A stretch of DNA of 64,000 nt. It comes from Candidatus Micrarchaeota archaeon (GTDB lineage Archaea; B1Sed10-29; JAJSAI01). The notes below the pieces were generated by a model. It worked only from the letters and a program-made list of their open reading frames with translations, had not been told where the DNA came from and did no database searches. How positions within the stretch are numbered: the first letter of the stretch is position 1; each line of letters opens with the position of its first letter. Position numbers and translations under genes: made by a program. Positions 46,254 to 56,459 of the stretch are shown here, in pieces. Where the stretch lies: positions 46,387 through 110,386 of the forward strand of contig CAZVAJ010000001.1 in assembly GCA_964625085.1 (NCBI GenBank), written 5' to 3'.

Positions 46254-48709
46254 AGTGTTCTCCTTACAAGCTTTTTCTTGTTCTGTTTCTTCAGCATGAA
46301 AAACGAGAACGCTGCAAAGCCCAATGGAACCGCGTAGTAGGAGTAGTTATTGGATTCTGTTTTTTCCTGAGAAGTTTTATCCTCTTCTTTTTCAGAGCCC
46401 TCAGAGAGCTTTAGGGCAGACTCTTCTGCTTGCTGTTCTTCAATTACTGGTTCTTCTATTATTGGTTTTACTTCAGGCCGGGTGATAGGAGCTGGTGTGT
46501 CAGGAGCGGGCTTAAGAAGAGACTGCACGGCAAAATCAGTGTACTCAGGCTGGCTGGTAAACGAATACTCTGGTTTATCGGCAGGTGGCTGGTCCCCGTT
46601 GATTATTGTGGGCGTGTATTCTGTTGTGGTGGTTTCAGCAGGAGCTGAAAGAACCGCTGCCAGTGTTTTGACCTCTCCCTGATTCAAAGAAGATATTAGG
46701 AACAGGATTCTGCCATCGTGTTGTATGCATGAATTGCATGACTCAACATCTGCTTCTACTGGATACGATAACAAGATGTTCTTCAGACTGGCTCCTGGGT
46801 TGATTACCCTTATCCTGAACACCTGATCTGTTCTTGAAGACTGTGAAATAAGCCAGCATGGCTTGGTGTACAAAACCGTTGCCTTGCTAACAGCAGTTTC
46901 TCCTTCAGGAAGTATCACGGGCAGAGGAGACGTTATCTGGTACTCTTTCTCGTAGTACACTTTTTCGTTGTCTGCCTTTACTTGCTCGTTCCTGATCACC
47001 TTGCATTCTGGGCGCGCGAGTAGGCTGATGTTAACCGCTTTCTCTGCACTTGAGAAATGTTTTTCCTGAGAGTTGTCAGGAAAGAACAGACCTGGAGGAA
47101 GCTTGATGTTTGCTTGGTACGCTGTGGTTTTTGGGCCTGTGAACATGATTGTTGCGTTGATGTATGTTTCGGCACTGCAGGGGAGGGGATTTGTCGGAAG
47201 CAGCAGTGAATACCCTGAACTGATAGTGGCCAGCTGTTTATCCAGGTCCAGCAGGATGTCCTGGTATTCTTTGATGATGTTTCCTATATTATCATCAAGG
47301 TCGGACTGGTCTGCTTTCAAAAGCCGGTAGTGTATTCTGTCAAGGAACTCTTCGCTTGCACCTGCTGTTTTAAGTGTGTAGTACTTTTCCCATGCCTTGG
47401 CTGAAAGTTGTCTTGCTATCTCCTTGTATTCTTCCAGTTTTTCTTGCATCCCTCTCAAGCGGTTTTTGAGTATTCCCCTGGAGTCAGGGCTTGAGTCATC
47501 AGGCCAATCTGGCTTGCATTCGATGCCCACAGACCTGAGGGAAGCGCATAGTTTCTCAGCAAGCTTTTTCTCCTGGTCTGGTGTGGAGTGTGTTTTTTCT
47601 GAAAAGGTTATGCATTTTTTCAGCAGGTTTATTCGCTCTCCCAGCTTTCTGCTCGTACTTGAGCAAACCTGTTTTGCAAGTGGGTATAATGCGCTTTCCG
47701 GGTTTGCTTGAGAAAACTTTTGCCTGGCTTGCGCGCGCAGGACCGGCTCTGTTTCAACCGCTTGCTGCAGCGCGCCCTCCAAAGAAAGCAGGATGCTGGA
47801 AGCATTAGTGTTGTAACCATGCAGAAGGATTATTGCCTTTGCTTTCCTCCCGTTCGCGTACATCACTGAGAATTTTTTCATTCTTCCGTCATGCGCTGCT
47901 AACCAGGATGTTGCAATGTAGTATGCTTGTTTAACGCTCATGTTTCCTGATGATGATATCTCACGCTGTTCTAAGGGCAGCGAGTCCCACACCACCATGT
48001 CAAGGGCATTACTCTCGTACTCTTTTACCCTGTAACTGAGTCTTGTGCTGAGTTCTTCTGAAGTCTGCTTTTCTTGCTTGTACTCTGCTTCTATTTCTTG
48101 CAAGGCATGGAGAAACCTTTTATGCTGCGAGAACATCAGTGTGAACAAAGAATCAGGGTATCCTACAAGAGTATTGTACACGTTGCCTCCTGCCGAAGCG
48201 AGGTTAAGGTCCTTCCTAACTTTTTCAGCGTTTTCTCCGAGCATCATCTTGTTGGAGCCTGCTTCTTTCACTGCTTTTACTGTTTCCTTTAGATCAAGGT
48301 AAACTGGTTTGGCCTTGCCCGAATACTCTTGGTCTGCTACCCCCATTTCTTCAAGCACTTCAGCATCTTTTTCGATCAACACGGCCATGCCGCTGAACGC
48401 CTGGGAAGCATCATAATACACTTGTTCTAACTTTGCTTTGCAGTAGCTTGACAAGAACAGGCTGCTTTCAGCTTCTTTCAGGTACAAGGCCAGCATGTCC
48501 CTGGTCTCGTTCTTCGCGTTTTCTGCATCATACCATGCTTTTGACAGGCTTTGCAGGTAGTACTCTTTTCCAGGAGCGTCGTACGCCTGCAGGCTTGCGG
48601 GAATGTTGGGCGGTGTGTTGAGTTCTGTTATTCTTGACTGATAGTCTGAAACTGAAAGAAGGCCATTCAACGCCAAGCCGATTAGTATGGCCTGTATTAC
48701 AGGAGCCAT
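46250..48709 (-). CDS. large exported protein with Pro/Glu/Thr-rich stalk and C-terminal TM
   Basis: N-terminal hydrophobic signal; helical N-half, beta-rich C-half; acidic linker; TM then basic tail KKQNKKK. Confidence 0.8.
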   Translation of the reverse strand: MAPVIQAILIGLALNGLLSVSDYQSRITELNTPPNIPASLQAYDAPGKEYYLQSLSKAWYDAENAKNETRDMLALYLKEAESSLFLSSYCKAKLEQVYYDASQAFSGMAVLIEKDAEVLEEMGVADQEYSGKAKPVYLDLKETVKAVKEAGSNKMMLGENAEKVRKDLNLASAGGNVYNTLVGYPDSLFTLMFSQHKRFLHALQEIEAEYKQEKQTSEELSTRLSYRVKEYESNALDMVVWDSLPLEQREISSSGNMSVKQAYYIATSWLAAHDGRMKKFSVMYANGRKAKAIILLHGYNTNASSILLSLEGALQQAVETEPVLRAQARQKFSQANPESALYPLAKQVCSSTSRKLGERINLLKKCITFSEKTHSTPDQEKKLAEKLCASLRSVGIECKPDWPDDSSPDSRGILKNRLRGMQEKLEEYKEIARQLSAKAWEKYYTLKTAGASEEFLDRIHYRLLKADQSDLDDNIGNIIKEYQDILLDLDKQLATISSGYSLLLPTNPLPCSAETYINATIMFTGPKTTAYQANIKLPPGLFFPDNSQEKHFSSAEKAVNISLLARPECKVIRNEQVKADNEKVYYEKEYQITSPLPVILPEGETAVSKATVLYTKPCWLISQSSRTDQVFRIRVINPGASLKNILLSYPVEADVESCNSCIQHDGRILFLISSLNQGEVKTLAAVLSAPAETTTTEYTPTIINGDQPPADKPEYSFTSQPEYTDFAVQSLLKPAPDTPAPITRPEVKPIIEEPVIEEQQAEESALKLSEGSEKEEDKTSQEKTESNNYSYYAVPLGFAAFSFFMLKKQNKKKLVRRTL

Positions 48710-48805
48710 GGAAAAGAGTGAGGGTCAAAACATGATTAAACGCCTGCAAAAACCCTGCAGTTTACTCCAGTTAAACCTTAAAAACGAGCGTAAAGTATCA
48801 TTAAC

Positions 48806-49375
48806 ATGCTTTCGCTGGAACAGGGAACAGAACTTGTTAAAATAGCCAGAGAGGCAATAATGTCTGAAGAAAAAGAGCATCCTAGAAACTGGCTTAACGA
48901 AAAAAGAGGGATATTTGTCACAGTAAACACTTATCCAGATCATGTTCTAAGAGGGTGTATAGGATTTCCTTACCCTGAAAGGCCCTTGATAGAAACGGTA
49001 AAAGAAGCTGCCAGAGCAGCTGCTTTCGGTGACCCGAGGTTCTTACCTGTTGACCTGGAGAAAGAGGAGATAGTCATAGAAGTAAGCGTGCTCTCAGAAC
49101 CAGAGCGGCTTGACTGCAAGCCAGAAGAAAGGCCAGAGCACATTGTTGTGGGAAAGCATGGCATTATAGTGAAAAAGGGGATGAATTCGGGGCTGCTGCT
49201 TCCTCAGGTTGCAGTAGAGTACGGCATGACTCCTGAAGAGTTCTTGTCAGAAACTTGTCTGAAAGCAGGTTTGGAAGCGAACGCGTGGATAGAACATGAT
49301 ACACGGGTATACGTTTTTAGCGCGCAGGTTTTTGCAGAGAAAACGCCAGAAGGAAAAGTGGAGGAGATAATGTGA
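48806..49375 (+). CDS. AMMECR1-domain protein
   Basis: RGIFVT, LRGCIG, AAFGDPRF, EVSVLS, GLLLPQVA, CLKAGL. Confidence 0.94.
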   Translation: MLSLEQGTELVKIAREAIMSEEKEHPRNWLNEKRGIFVTVNTYPDHVLRGCIGFPYPERPLIETVKEAARAAAFGDPRFLPVDLEKEEIVIEVSVLSEPERLDCKPEERPEHIVVGKHGIIVKKGMNSGLLLPQVAVEYGMTPEEFLSETCLKAGLEANAWIEHDTRVYVFSAQVFAEKTPEGKVEEIM

Positions 49376-50604
49376 GCATACTAATAAAGGACGTTATGCT
49401 ACCTTGGGGACGGAAAGCAAGCGTCAGCATTTTAGGAAACAGAATCGTGGAAGTGGGAAAGAACATTAAAGGAGAGCATGAACACGTGCTGGACGGGAAA
49501 GGATGCCTTCTTGTTCCAGGGCTAGTGAATGCCCATACCCATATTGCCATGACCGGATTCAGAGGAATTGCGGATGATCTTCCCTTGCAGGAGTGGTTAG
49601 AAGAACACATCTGGCCTGCGGAGAAAGAGAAAGTGAACCCTGATTTCGTGTACTGGAATTCCCTGCTGGGGATTATTGAAATGCTCAAAAGCGGAACCAC
49701 TGGTTTTGTGGACATGTACTTCCATGAGAACAAGACAGCTGAGGCTGTAGAAAAAGCAGGGATAAGAGCCTGGCTAGGAGAGGGTGTTGCAGACACATTC
49801 GAACCTGTTGAAAAAACGCTTGCCAAAGTAGAACAGTTGATGAAAACAAGAACGGACTACGTGAACGTGATTGTTTCTCCTCATGCAGTCTACACGTGTT
49901 CTGAAGAAACTCTTGCAAAGACTGCTGAATTCGCTGAAGAGCATGACCTGTTGTTGCAGGTTCACGCAGCAGAGAACAAGAAAGAGGTCAAGGATTCTCT
50001 TGAGCAGACTGGCATGCGGCCTGTTGAATATCTTAATGAAGTAGGCGTTCTCAGCCCAAGAACATTAATCGCTCACGGGGTCTGGGTTACTGACCAGGAA
50101 ATTCAGATGATTTCAGAGTCAGGAACAAGTGTTGCGTATAATCCTGAGAGTAACGCAAAACTGGGCAGCGGGGTCGCGCCAGTACGCGAGTACATCGGCA
50201 AAGGCGTGAACGTGGTCCTGGGAACAGATGGGTGCGCGAGCAACAATAATCTTGACATGGTGCAGGAGATGAGAACAGGGCTTTTCATGCAGAAGGTTGT
50301 ACACCATGACCCTACTGCACTGCGGGCAGAAGAAGCATTGGCCCTAGCAACGCATAATGCGTATAACTTTCTTTCTCTTGACGTGGGCTTAGAAGAGGGG
50401 AAACTATCTGACCTTGCGCTTATTAGTATGAAAAAGCCACACATGCAGCCAGTGCATGATGCTGTTTCAAACCTTGTGTACTCCGGTTCCGGGCCTGACG
50501 TTATTGCAACAATTGTTAACGGTAGGCTTGTGTATGATGGGAAAGAAGTGCTTGGCGTGGACGAGCAGGAAGTAATAGAAAAGGTTAATGGTTTTTGGAA
50601 GTGA
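49372..50604 (+). CDS. amidohydrolase, MTA/SAH or 5'-deoxyadenosine deaminase-like (MtaD/DadD)
   Basis: PGLVNAHTH, EMLKSGTT..DMY, PHAVYTC, H..E, AHGV, NPESN.KL.SG, LGTDG.ASNN.LD. Confidence 0.88.
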   Translation: MSILIKDVMLPWGRKASVSILGNRIVEVGKNIKGEHEHVLDGKGCLLVPGLVNAHTHIAMTGFRGIADDLPLQEWLEEHIWPAEKEKVNPDFVYWNSLLGIIEMLKSGTTGFVDMYFHENKTAEAVEKAGIRAWLGEGVADTFEPVEKTLAKVEQLMKTRTDYVNVIVSPHAVYTCSEETLAKTAEFAEEHDLLLQVHAAENKKEVKDSLEQTGMRPVEYLNEVGVLSPRTLIAHGVWVTDQEIQMISESGTSVAYNPESNAKLGSGVAPVREYIGKGVNVVLGTDGCASNNNLDMVQEMRTGLFMQKVVHHDPTALRAEEALALATHNAYNFLSLDVGLEEGKLSDLALISMKKPHMQPVHDAVSNLVYSGSGPDVIATIVNGRLVYDGKEVLGVDEQEVIEKVNGFWK

Positions 50605-50617
50605 GCAGCTGTCAGGA

Positions 50618-50773
50618 TTAGTTCAGTCTGCCTGCTGCTCTCGCTTTCTCAAGACAGTCTGAGTGCCAATAACTTCCAAGGTACTCTTTGTCTGCTCCGC
50701 TTCTTCCGCAGAACTTGCACACTCTGTTATTCTGCTGTTCATATCTTTTTTGGACATCTTCAACTATTCCCAT
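50618..50773 (-). CDS. small zinc-finger protein (51 aa; not in ORF track)
   Basis: Manual translation MGIVEDVQKRYEQQNNRVCKFCGRSGADKEYLGSYWHSDCLEKARAAGRLN; CxxC...HxxC; strong GGAGGT SD. Confidence 0.75.
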   Translation of the reverse strand: MGIVEDVQKRYEQQNNRVCKFCGRSGADKEYLGSYWHSDCLEKARAAGRLN

Positions 50774-50790
50774 TCTTTTTACCTCCTTTG

Positions 50791-52032
50791 CTAGTATGAT
50801 AAACCAGGATAAAGGGGATACCTTGAAAGCAGTTCTTTGACCTCTGAAGCCACCTTTTTTATCACTTCCATGTTGTCAATGTTCTCCAGTACTCTTATCA
50901 TAAGTTCTGCAACATGACGCGCATTTTCTTCTTTCATACCCCTTGTGGTTATGGCAGGAGTTCCTATCCTAATACCGCTGGGGTCAACCGGCTTTCTTTT
51001 GTCAAACGGGATCATGTTCTTGTTGACTGTTATTCCTGCTTGTTCAAGAGCGTCCTGCGCTTGTTTTCCGCTCAATCCTTTTTCTGCAACATCGATTAGG
51101 AACAGGTGATTGTCAGTACCCCCTGTCACCAGCCTGTAACCATAATCAAGAAAAACATCTGCCATTGCCTTTGCGTTTTTAACGACCTGTGCTTGGTACA
51201 TCTTGAAATCCGGCTGCATAGCAAGCTTGAAGCACAAGGCTTTTGCTGCTATCGTGTGCTCATGAGGCCCTCCTTGCAGAACTGGGAAAACAGCCTTGTC
51301 TATTTTCTTGGCGTGCTCCTGCTTGCACAGGATAAGTCCGCTTCGCGGGCCTCTTAGTGTTTTGTGAGTGGTTGTTGTGACAGCGTCACAGTATGGGACC
51401 GGGCTTGGGTGCAGTCCTGCAGCAACCAGTCCTGCAATATGCGCGATGTCTGCCACGCAGTATGCCCCTACCTCGTCTGCTATCTCCTTGAATGCTTTGA
51501 AGTTTATTATCCTCGGGTAGGCGCTTGCTCCGCACACGATCATTTCAGGCTTTTCCTGTCTGGCCTGCCCCAGTATCTTATCATAGTCGAGCATTTCTGT
51601 TTCAGGATCAACATCATAGGAGAGCCCTTGGTAGTATTTTCCTGAAACGCTCATTTTGTAGCCGTGACTCAGGTGACCACCTGAGGCCAGACTCATGCCA
51701 AGTATCTTGTCCCCTGGCTTGAGCAGGGCAAGGTAAACCGCGAGATTGGCAGGACAGCCTGACAATGGCTGCACGTTAGCGTGCTCTGCTCCAAATAACT
51801 GCTTGGCCCGGTTTATAGCCAGCTGTTCTATCCTGTCAATATGCTGATTGCCGCCATAGTACCGTTTTCCAGGGTACCCTTCTGCGTACTTGTTTGTGGG
51901 AACAGAGCCCATCGCCTCAAGCACTTCCCCTGGAACAAAGTTTTCTGATGCTATCAGTTCTATCGTGTTCCTCTGTCTCTCAAGCTCTTTTTCCAGAATT
52001 CCCGCAAGCTCAGGGTCAGTATCACGGATCAT
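50791..52032 (-). CDS. glyA: serine hydroxymethyltransferase
   Basis: [58 protein letters not shown]. Confidence 0.97.
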   Translation of the reverse strand: MIRDTDPELAGILEKELERQRNTIELIASENFVPGEVLEAMGSVPTNKYAEGYPGKRYYGGNQHIDRIEQLAINRAKQLFGAEHANVQPLSGCPANLAVYLALLKPGDKILGMSLASGGHLSHGYKMSVSGKYYQGLSYDVDPETEMLDYDKILGQARQEKPEMIVCGASAYPRIINFKAFKEIADEVGAYCVADIAHIAGLVAAGLHPSPVPYCDAVTTTTHKTLRGPRSGLILCKQEHAKKIDKAVFPVLQGGPHEHTIAAKALCFKLAMQPDFKMYQAQVVKNAKAMADVFLDYGYRLVTGGTDNHLFLIDVAEKGLSGKQAQDALEQAGITVNKNMIPFDKRKPVDPSGIRIGTPAITTRGMKEENARHVAELMIRVLENIDNMEVIKKVASEVKELLSRYPLYPGLSY

Positions 52033-52619
52033 TTTTCCACCTTTGAGAGTATCTCTTTGTGTATGTCTTCAGGTGACCTGAGCGCGTTATTCTTAACGCA
52101 GTCAATCACTTTCCACCCTTGTTTTTCCGCGATCTCCAGGTACTTGAGCCGGACAGTTTTTTGGTAGGGCATGTCAAGCTCGTGCAGATCTTTTTCTTTT
52201 TCTCTCATCAGCATTTCAGAAACCTCTGCAGGCATGTTCATCAAAAAAACAGCGTCAGGGTTAGGAAGCCTGCTGGCACAGCTGGTTATCCAGTCTTCTA
52301 AAAGTTCTCCTCCTGGCCTTGCTGTTTGGTACGCGAGGTTTGAGTACCAGTACCTGTCGCACACGAGCACCCCTTCTTGCGAGATTTTTTCCACGCTCTT
52401 TTTTTTCGCGTACATGTCAAGCAGGTAAAGCAGGATCGCTTCTTCTGGAGGATGTTTTCCTGTTGTCAGGTAATTTTTTATGAATGCGCCGTACTCGGAA
52501 CCGTAGTCAGGAAACGTTAGGTACTCTGCTTTAAGCCCTTGTTTCTTGAAAGCTGAAACAAGCATTTTCGCTTGAGTTTCTTTACCAGTCGCGTCTGCTC
52601 CTTCAATTACTATGAACAT
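52029..52619 (-). CDS. tmk: thymidylate kinase
   Basis: [33 protein letters not shown]. Confidence 0.93.
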   Translation of the reverse strand: MFIVIEGADATGKETQAKMLVSAFKKQGLKAEYLTFPDYGSEYGAFIKNYLTTGKHPPEEAILLYLLDMYAKKKSVEKISQEGVLVCDRYWYSNLAYQTARPGGELLEDWITSCASRLPNPDAVFLMNMPAEVSEMLMREKEKDLHELDMPYQKTVRLKYLEIAEKQGWKVIDCVKNNALRSPEDIHKEILSKVEK

Positions 52620-53959
52620 TATACCACCTTAGGATCTTTTTCCAACGGCCCATGCCATCTGTCCAGTTCATTCCGTTCTCTCAAGGTTCTTTCGCAGTAG
52701 CCGCAAGGGTTGCGTTCAGGGCAGTATCCGTACACTACTCCTTGCGGTTCTGCCCATTTTCCCAGCGCAGGATTACGTTCCTTTATTTTGCAGGCGATCT
52801 GTTTTGCTATTTCTCTTATTTCCCACTGTGCTTCAAAACAGGTTCTTTTTCCTATAGAGTGTATTGCATTCCAGCCGTTCACGTGAATCAAGTCATACAG
52901 TTTAAGGGCGTGGGGAACCAACCCTATTGCATTGTTCCTGCCAATATTTTCTTTTTCTTCCTTGTAGGCTGATAAAAGCTGGCCTGCTAGATCCTTAAAC
53001 TCTTTCCCAAAACCTCTTGACTCGACCGTGACAGGCAGGACCAGTTCCTCTCTTTCTGCTGCTGAAAAGATTGATTCTACGGCATGGTCCCAAGTTCTTT
53101 GCCTGATAGCCTGGTGGAATGCTGCAAGAGACATTCCTGCAAGAAACCCTTGCAGGTGGCAGCCGTTGTGAGAATGTTTCAGAAGAGACAGCAGTGCTTC
53201 ATCGCGTTCAGCTACTGCTTTTTGTATAATCCCTTCAGGTATAGGGTGTTCCACGAGCTTCACTTCATTACTTTTGTTAGCCTGAACTATTTCATCCATT
53301 AGCGGATTGTCAGAGTACAACTGTGATGATGGATACCACGCGAGCACTTCATAGTTGTATCCCCAGTTCCTGAAAAGGCCTGGTGCGGTTTCTTCCGCCT
53401 TCTCGCGCATGCTTTTCACAACTTCTTTTACTTCTGAAGGGGCGTCAGAGTGTTCTGTCATCCAGAACAGGTGGGAGAGTTCCCTTGCGTTTCCCGCGGT
53501 CTGGATGTTTGTTTTAGTGTACAATGGCAGGATGTACCTGGCGTCTTCTCCTGGAACTCCTGCTTTTTTCATTTCCTCGTACAGTTTGAAAGCGTCTGAC
53601 ATGAGTTCTGCTGATTCCTTTCCCATTCCTTCTGGAACGTGAAATCCTCTGTCAGCACTGGCCCTCCGAAGGGACTGCTGCAAGTGCATCAGATATTGGG
53701 GCAGGCATAACTGCAGGGTCGCTGCCCTTGAAAGATCCCTGATGCTGAAGATGAATATGTTCTGATCCTGCACTGATCCGTGGCCTCTTCCTGCAGAATT
53801 TTTTAACACACCTCTTACCTTTTTCTTGTCCTGCTTGTAGTCCTCGTACAAGGACAAAGAATCAAGCTGTTCAAAACAACCTAAAGCTCCGAAGGCAGAG
53901 GTTTCTTCTGGGCTGGGGCCTTCCCGCCCGTTTACAGAAAACAAACTAACCGTTGGCAT
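52619..53959 (-). CDS. thyX: flavin-dependent thymidylate synthase, tandem-domain form
   Basis: GH.SV, QQS.R, EDARYILP, N.REL.H; second half HQAIRQR, KRTC..AQWEIR; next to tmk and glyA. Confidence 0.8.
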   Translation of the reverse strand: MPTVSLFSVNGREGPSPEETSAFGALGCFEQLDSLSLYEDYKQDKKKVRGVLKNSAGRGHGSVQDQNIFIFSIRDLSRAATLQLCLPQYLMHLQQSLRRASADRGFHVPEGMGKESAELMSDAFKLYEEMKKAGVPGEDARYILPLYTKTNIQTAGNARELSHLFWMTEHSDAPSEVKEVVKSMREKAEETAPGLFRNWGYNYEVLAWYPSSQLYSDNPLMDEIVQANKSNEVKLVEHPIPEGIIQKAVAERDEALLSLLKHSHNGCHLQGFLAGMSLAAFHQAIRQRTWDHAVESIFSAAEREELVLPVTVESRGFGKEFKDLAGQLLSAYKEEKENIGRNNAIGLVPHALKLYDLIHVNGWNAIHSIGKRTCFEAQWEIREIAKQIACKIKERNPALGKWAEPQGVVYGYCPERNPCGYCERTLRERNELDRWHGPLEKDPKVV

Positions 53960-54028
53960 GGAAGTAATAAGCACAAAAAGTATATAATGATTAGTCCATG
54001 TAAAAACAGGTTCTGCGGATGCTGCTTT

Positions 54029-54505
54029 TTACTCTGATTTTTTAAGCCTTTCGTTCAGCACTTTGTGCATGTGTTCTCTCAGTTCTCCTTTTCCTCTGCG
54101 CACCAGTGAACGTGAGGTGAACAGTTCATGGTACTCTTTTGGCCCAAGCTTATTCTTCAGACTTTTTGTCACCTTATAAAAATCAGTCTTACTGCCTAAC
54201 ATCTCTGATAAAACAGCGGGATCTACTTTTTGTCCTGTTCCTTTTTTGTACTCCTGAGCAAACATTAGCGCAGCGTATTCGTTTGCTGAAAGGTCAACTG
54301 TCTTCCTTGTTTTCACATTACCTATTACCGCGGGAATTTTTCCTTCTTTAACAAGCTTTCTGAACTTTTGGACTGCTGTGGGTTTAGACAAGCCTGTTAA
54401 CTTGAGAATCTGCTCAAGCGAAGGAGGATGCCTGTATTTGTTAAAGTAGTCAAAGTATGCTTCTTCAAAATTTTTCTTTTTAGGCCTTCTTCTTGCTGTT
54501 GGCAT
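54029..54505 (-). CDS. putative DNA-binding protein with tandem LexA-like winged helices
   Basis: FDYFNKYRHPPSLEQI...GLSKPTA...L...GKI and a second LS..E...L.F..EY....G...LSEMLG.SK unit. Confidence 0.6.
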   Translation of the reverse strand: MPTARRRPKKKNFEEAYFDYFNKYRHPPSLEQILKLTGLSKPTAVQKFRKLVKEGKIPAVIGNVKTRKTVDLSANEYAALMFAQEYKKGTGQKVDPAVLSEMLGSKTDFYKVTKSLKNKLGPKEYHELFTSRSLVRRGKGELREHMHKVLNERLKKSE

Positions 54506-54538
54506 AGTAGAATAAGGCACGAAGGAAGTATTAAAAGG

Positions 54539-55480
54539 TTAGTGTATTTTTAGACTTTTGCTTCCCCTGGAGTAAACAACCACCCTGCTTGGGGGCTGTT
54601 CTCCGCCGTACTCCCAACCAAGATTCTTGTTTATCTCTTCTGCAAATTTTTTAACATATTCATGAGAGGGCATGTTCTCTAGCGAGAGCCTTTGCCTGCT
54701 TCCTCCTACAAACATGTATGCTTTCACCTCAAGAAAGTCGGCTCCTGACTTTTCCACAAGCTTGGCGTAACCTGCTGGATCTTTATCATTCCAGCCTTTG
54801 ACCACTGTTATTCTGATTACTCTTCTAACGTCTGGCATGCCGCTCATTAGCTCAAGGCTTCTGTTAAGCCTTTTCCAGGAATCTGCAAGCATGGGCACGT
54901 TTACTTTTTTGTGGGTTTTCTCGTCTGGAGCATCAAGAGAAAAGTACAATTGGGTGGGTTTTTCAGTCATGTCCTCAAGTCTTTCTGGAAGCATTGCATT
55001 GGATACCAAGAAAGTAGTGAAATCTCTCCTCTTGTACTCGTGCACTAAGTCCCAGATCATAGGGTATAAGGTGGGTTCTCCGGCAAGAGAGATTGCGACT
55101 TGGTTTGGGTTAAGCGCTTCTTCATACTTTTTTCTGTCCAGGTTCTTTAGTCCGCCGTAACCTGACAGCAGCGTTCTCTGTGCTCTGATAGATTCTTCAA
55201 CTATCTCTTTTGGATCGTCCCATTTCTTGGGCTGGAAGGCTGCTGGCGCGTACTCCCAAGACCTCCAGCAGAACACACACCTCTGGTTGCAGTAGAGATT
55301 AGGGGTCATCTGCAAGCACCTGTGCGAGTCTACCCCGTAAAAGAGCTGCTTGTAGCAAACGCCCTCTCCTCTAAGGCTTTTTTTGGTCCAGGTGCACAGT
55401 TTTGCTGCAGAGTGCTGTCCGTGCCCGAATATAGCATAGTGCTGTTTCCTCATCGCATCCAGGTACTGTTTATTATCCAT
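54539..55480 (-). CDS. taw1: 4-demethylwyosine synthase Tyw1/Taw1 (radical SAM)
   Basis: HSAAKLC.WT, CYK..FYG..SHRCLQMTP, CNQRCVFCWR, AISLAGEPTLYP, EVKAYM.VG.S. Confidence 0.95.
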   Translation of the reverse strand: MDNKQYLDAMRKQHYAIFGHGQHSAAKLCTWTKKSLRGEGVCYKQLFYGVDSHRCLQMTPNLYCNQRCVFCWRSWEYAPAAFQPKKWDDPKEIVEESIRAQRTLLSGYGGLKNLDRKKYEEALNPNQVAISLAGEPTLYPMIWDLVHEYKRRDFTTFLVSNAMLPERLEDMTEKPTQLYFSLDAPDEKTHKKVNVPMLADSWKRLNRSLELMSGMPDVRRVIRITVVKGWNDKDPAGYAKLVEKSGADFLEVKAYMFVGGSRQRLSLENMPSHEYVKKFAEEINKNLGWEYGGEQPPSRVVVYSRGSKSLKIH

Positions 55481-55580
55481 AACACATGGTTCTGACTTCA
55501 CGGTTTATATTTGTTTAGCGCATGAACAGGGAAAGATTTAAATACCGCCCGCTTCTTTTTTTATCAAAAGGTGTTTGCTC

Positions 55581-55841
55581 ATGGCATCCAAAAAGTTTGT
55601 GATAGCTAGACAGCTCGGGGGAAAACGAGTCATAACTAACTCTGGGGAAGAGATAGGCAGGCTTGCGGACCTTACAATAAACGAGTCTGACGGGCATATA
55701 GACAGTCTTTTAGTAGAGATCAATTCTGACTCAAAGCTGGCCGCAAAGCTATCAAAAGTGGGCAAGCTCGGAAGTGTTCCCTACCGGGCAGTTTTTGCCG
55801 TGAGCGATGTTATCGTGGTGGACGAGAACCTGCTCTCCTGA
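55581..55841 (+). CDS. PRC-barrel protein (CdpB-like)
   Basis: L.GKRV....GEEIG.LAD......G.I..L.V, VPYRAV.AV.DVIVV. Confidence 0.88.
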   Translation: MASKKFVIARQLGGKRVITNSGEEIGRLADLTINESDGHIDSLLVEINSDSKLAAKLSKVGKLGSVPYRAVFAVSDVIVVDENLLS

Positions 55842-55844
55842 TCC

Positions 55845-56417
55845 TTAAATCCACCCGAGCCATTTCTCAAGATCTGCGTCTGCTTTTTCCTTGTTAAGCT
55901 TAAGGTCGTTGTCAACGTATTCGTCCAGTACTATAGAGAAAGAGTTCTTCTGCTTTTTCCTGCCGAGCAGTTTGTCAAGGAATCCTCTGTTAGGCTCTAG
56001 AACAGTTATGTTGATAATGCCCTTGTACTGTTTTACAGTAGCTTCTCCGGCCTTGTCAAGAAGCAATCCTGCCCCCACAGTAGCAGCCAGTCCGCCTAAA
56101 CCAACCTTACTGGAACCTGTGGCCCGCCTTTGAAATGATAATGGATTTTTGGCAAGGTCTTCCCCCATTCTTTCTGTACCGCTCTTTACTCTGGCAATTT
56201 CCATTATCATTGTTTTGCTGCCTTTTTCAGGAGGCAGTAAGAATTTTGCTCTTGTGCCCTCACGGTCCTGCTCGGAAAACCTTACCTTGCTTTGGATTGT
56301 GTACATTGAACCTAGTTTTTCGCACACGTAGTCTGCAAGGATCTCGTCCTTTTCAGTCCTTTTACCAGATTCTTTTAATCCTTCTACCACGTTAAATAGA
56401 TCAGCCACGTTAATCAC
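55845..56417 (-). CDS. hypothetical protein with Gly/Ala-rich hydrophobic segment
   Basis: 190-aa ORF with GTG start; VGLGGLAATVGAGLLL segment. Confidence 0.65.
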   Translation of the reverse strand: MINVADLFNVVEGLKESGKRTEKDEILADYVCEKLGSMYTIQSKVRFSEQDREGTRAKFLLPPEKGSKTMIMEIARVKSGTERMGEDLAKNPLSFQRRATGSSKVGLGGLAATVGAGLLLDKAGEATVKQYKGIINITVLEPNRGFLDKLLGRKKQKNSFSIVLDEYVDNDLKLNKEKADADLEKWLGWI

Positions 56418-56459
56418 CTACTACTGCATAAAAGAAGAGGGTTAATAAAAAGATAACCT

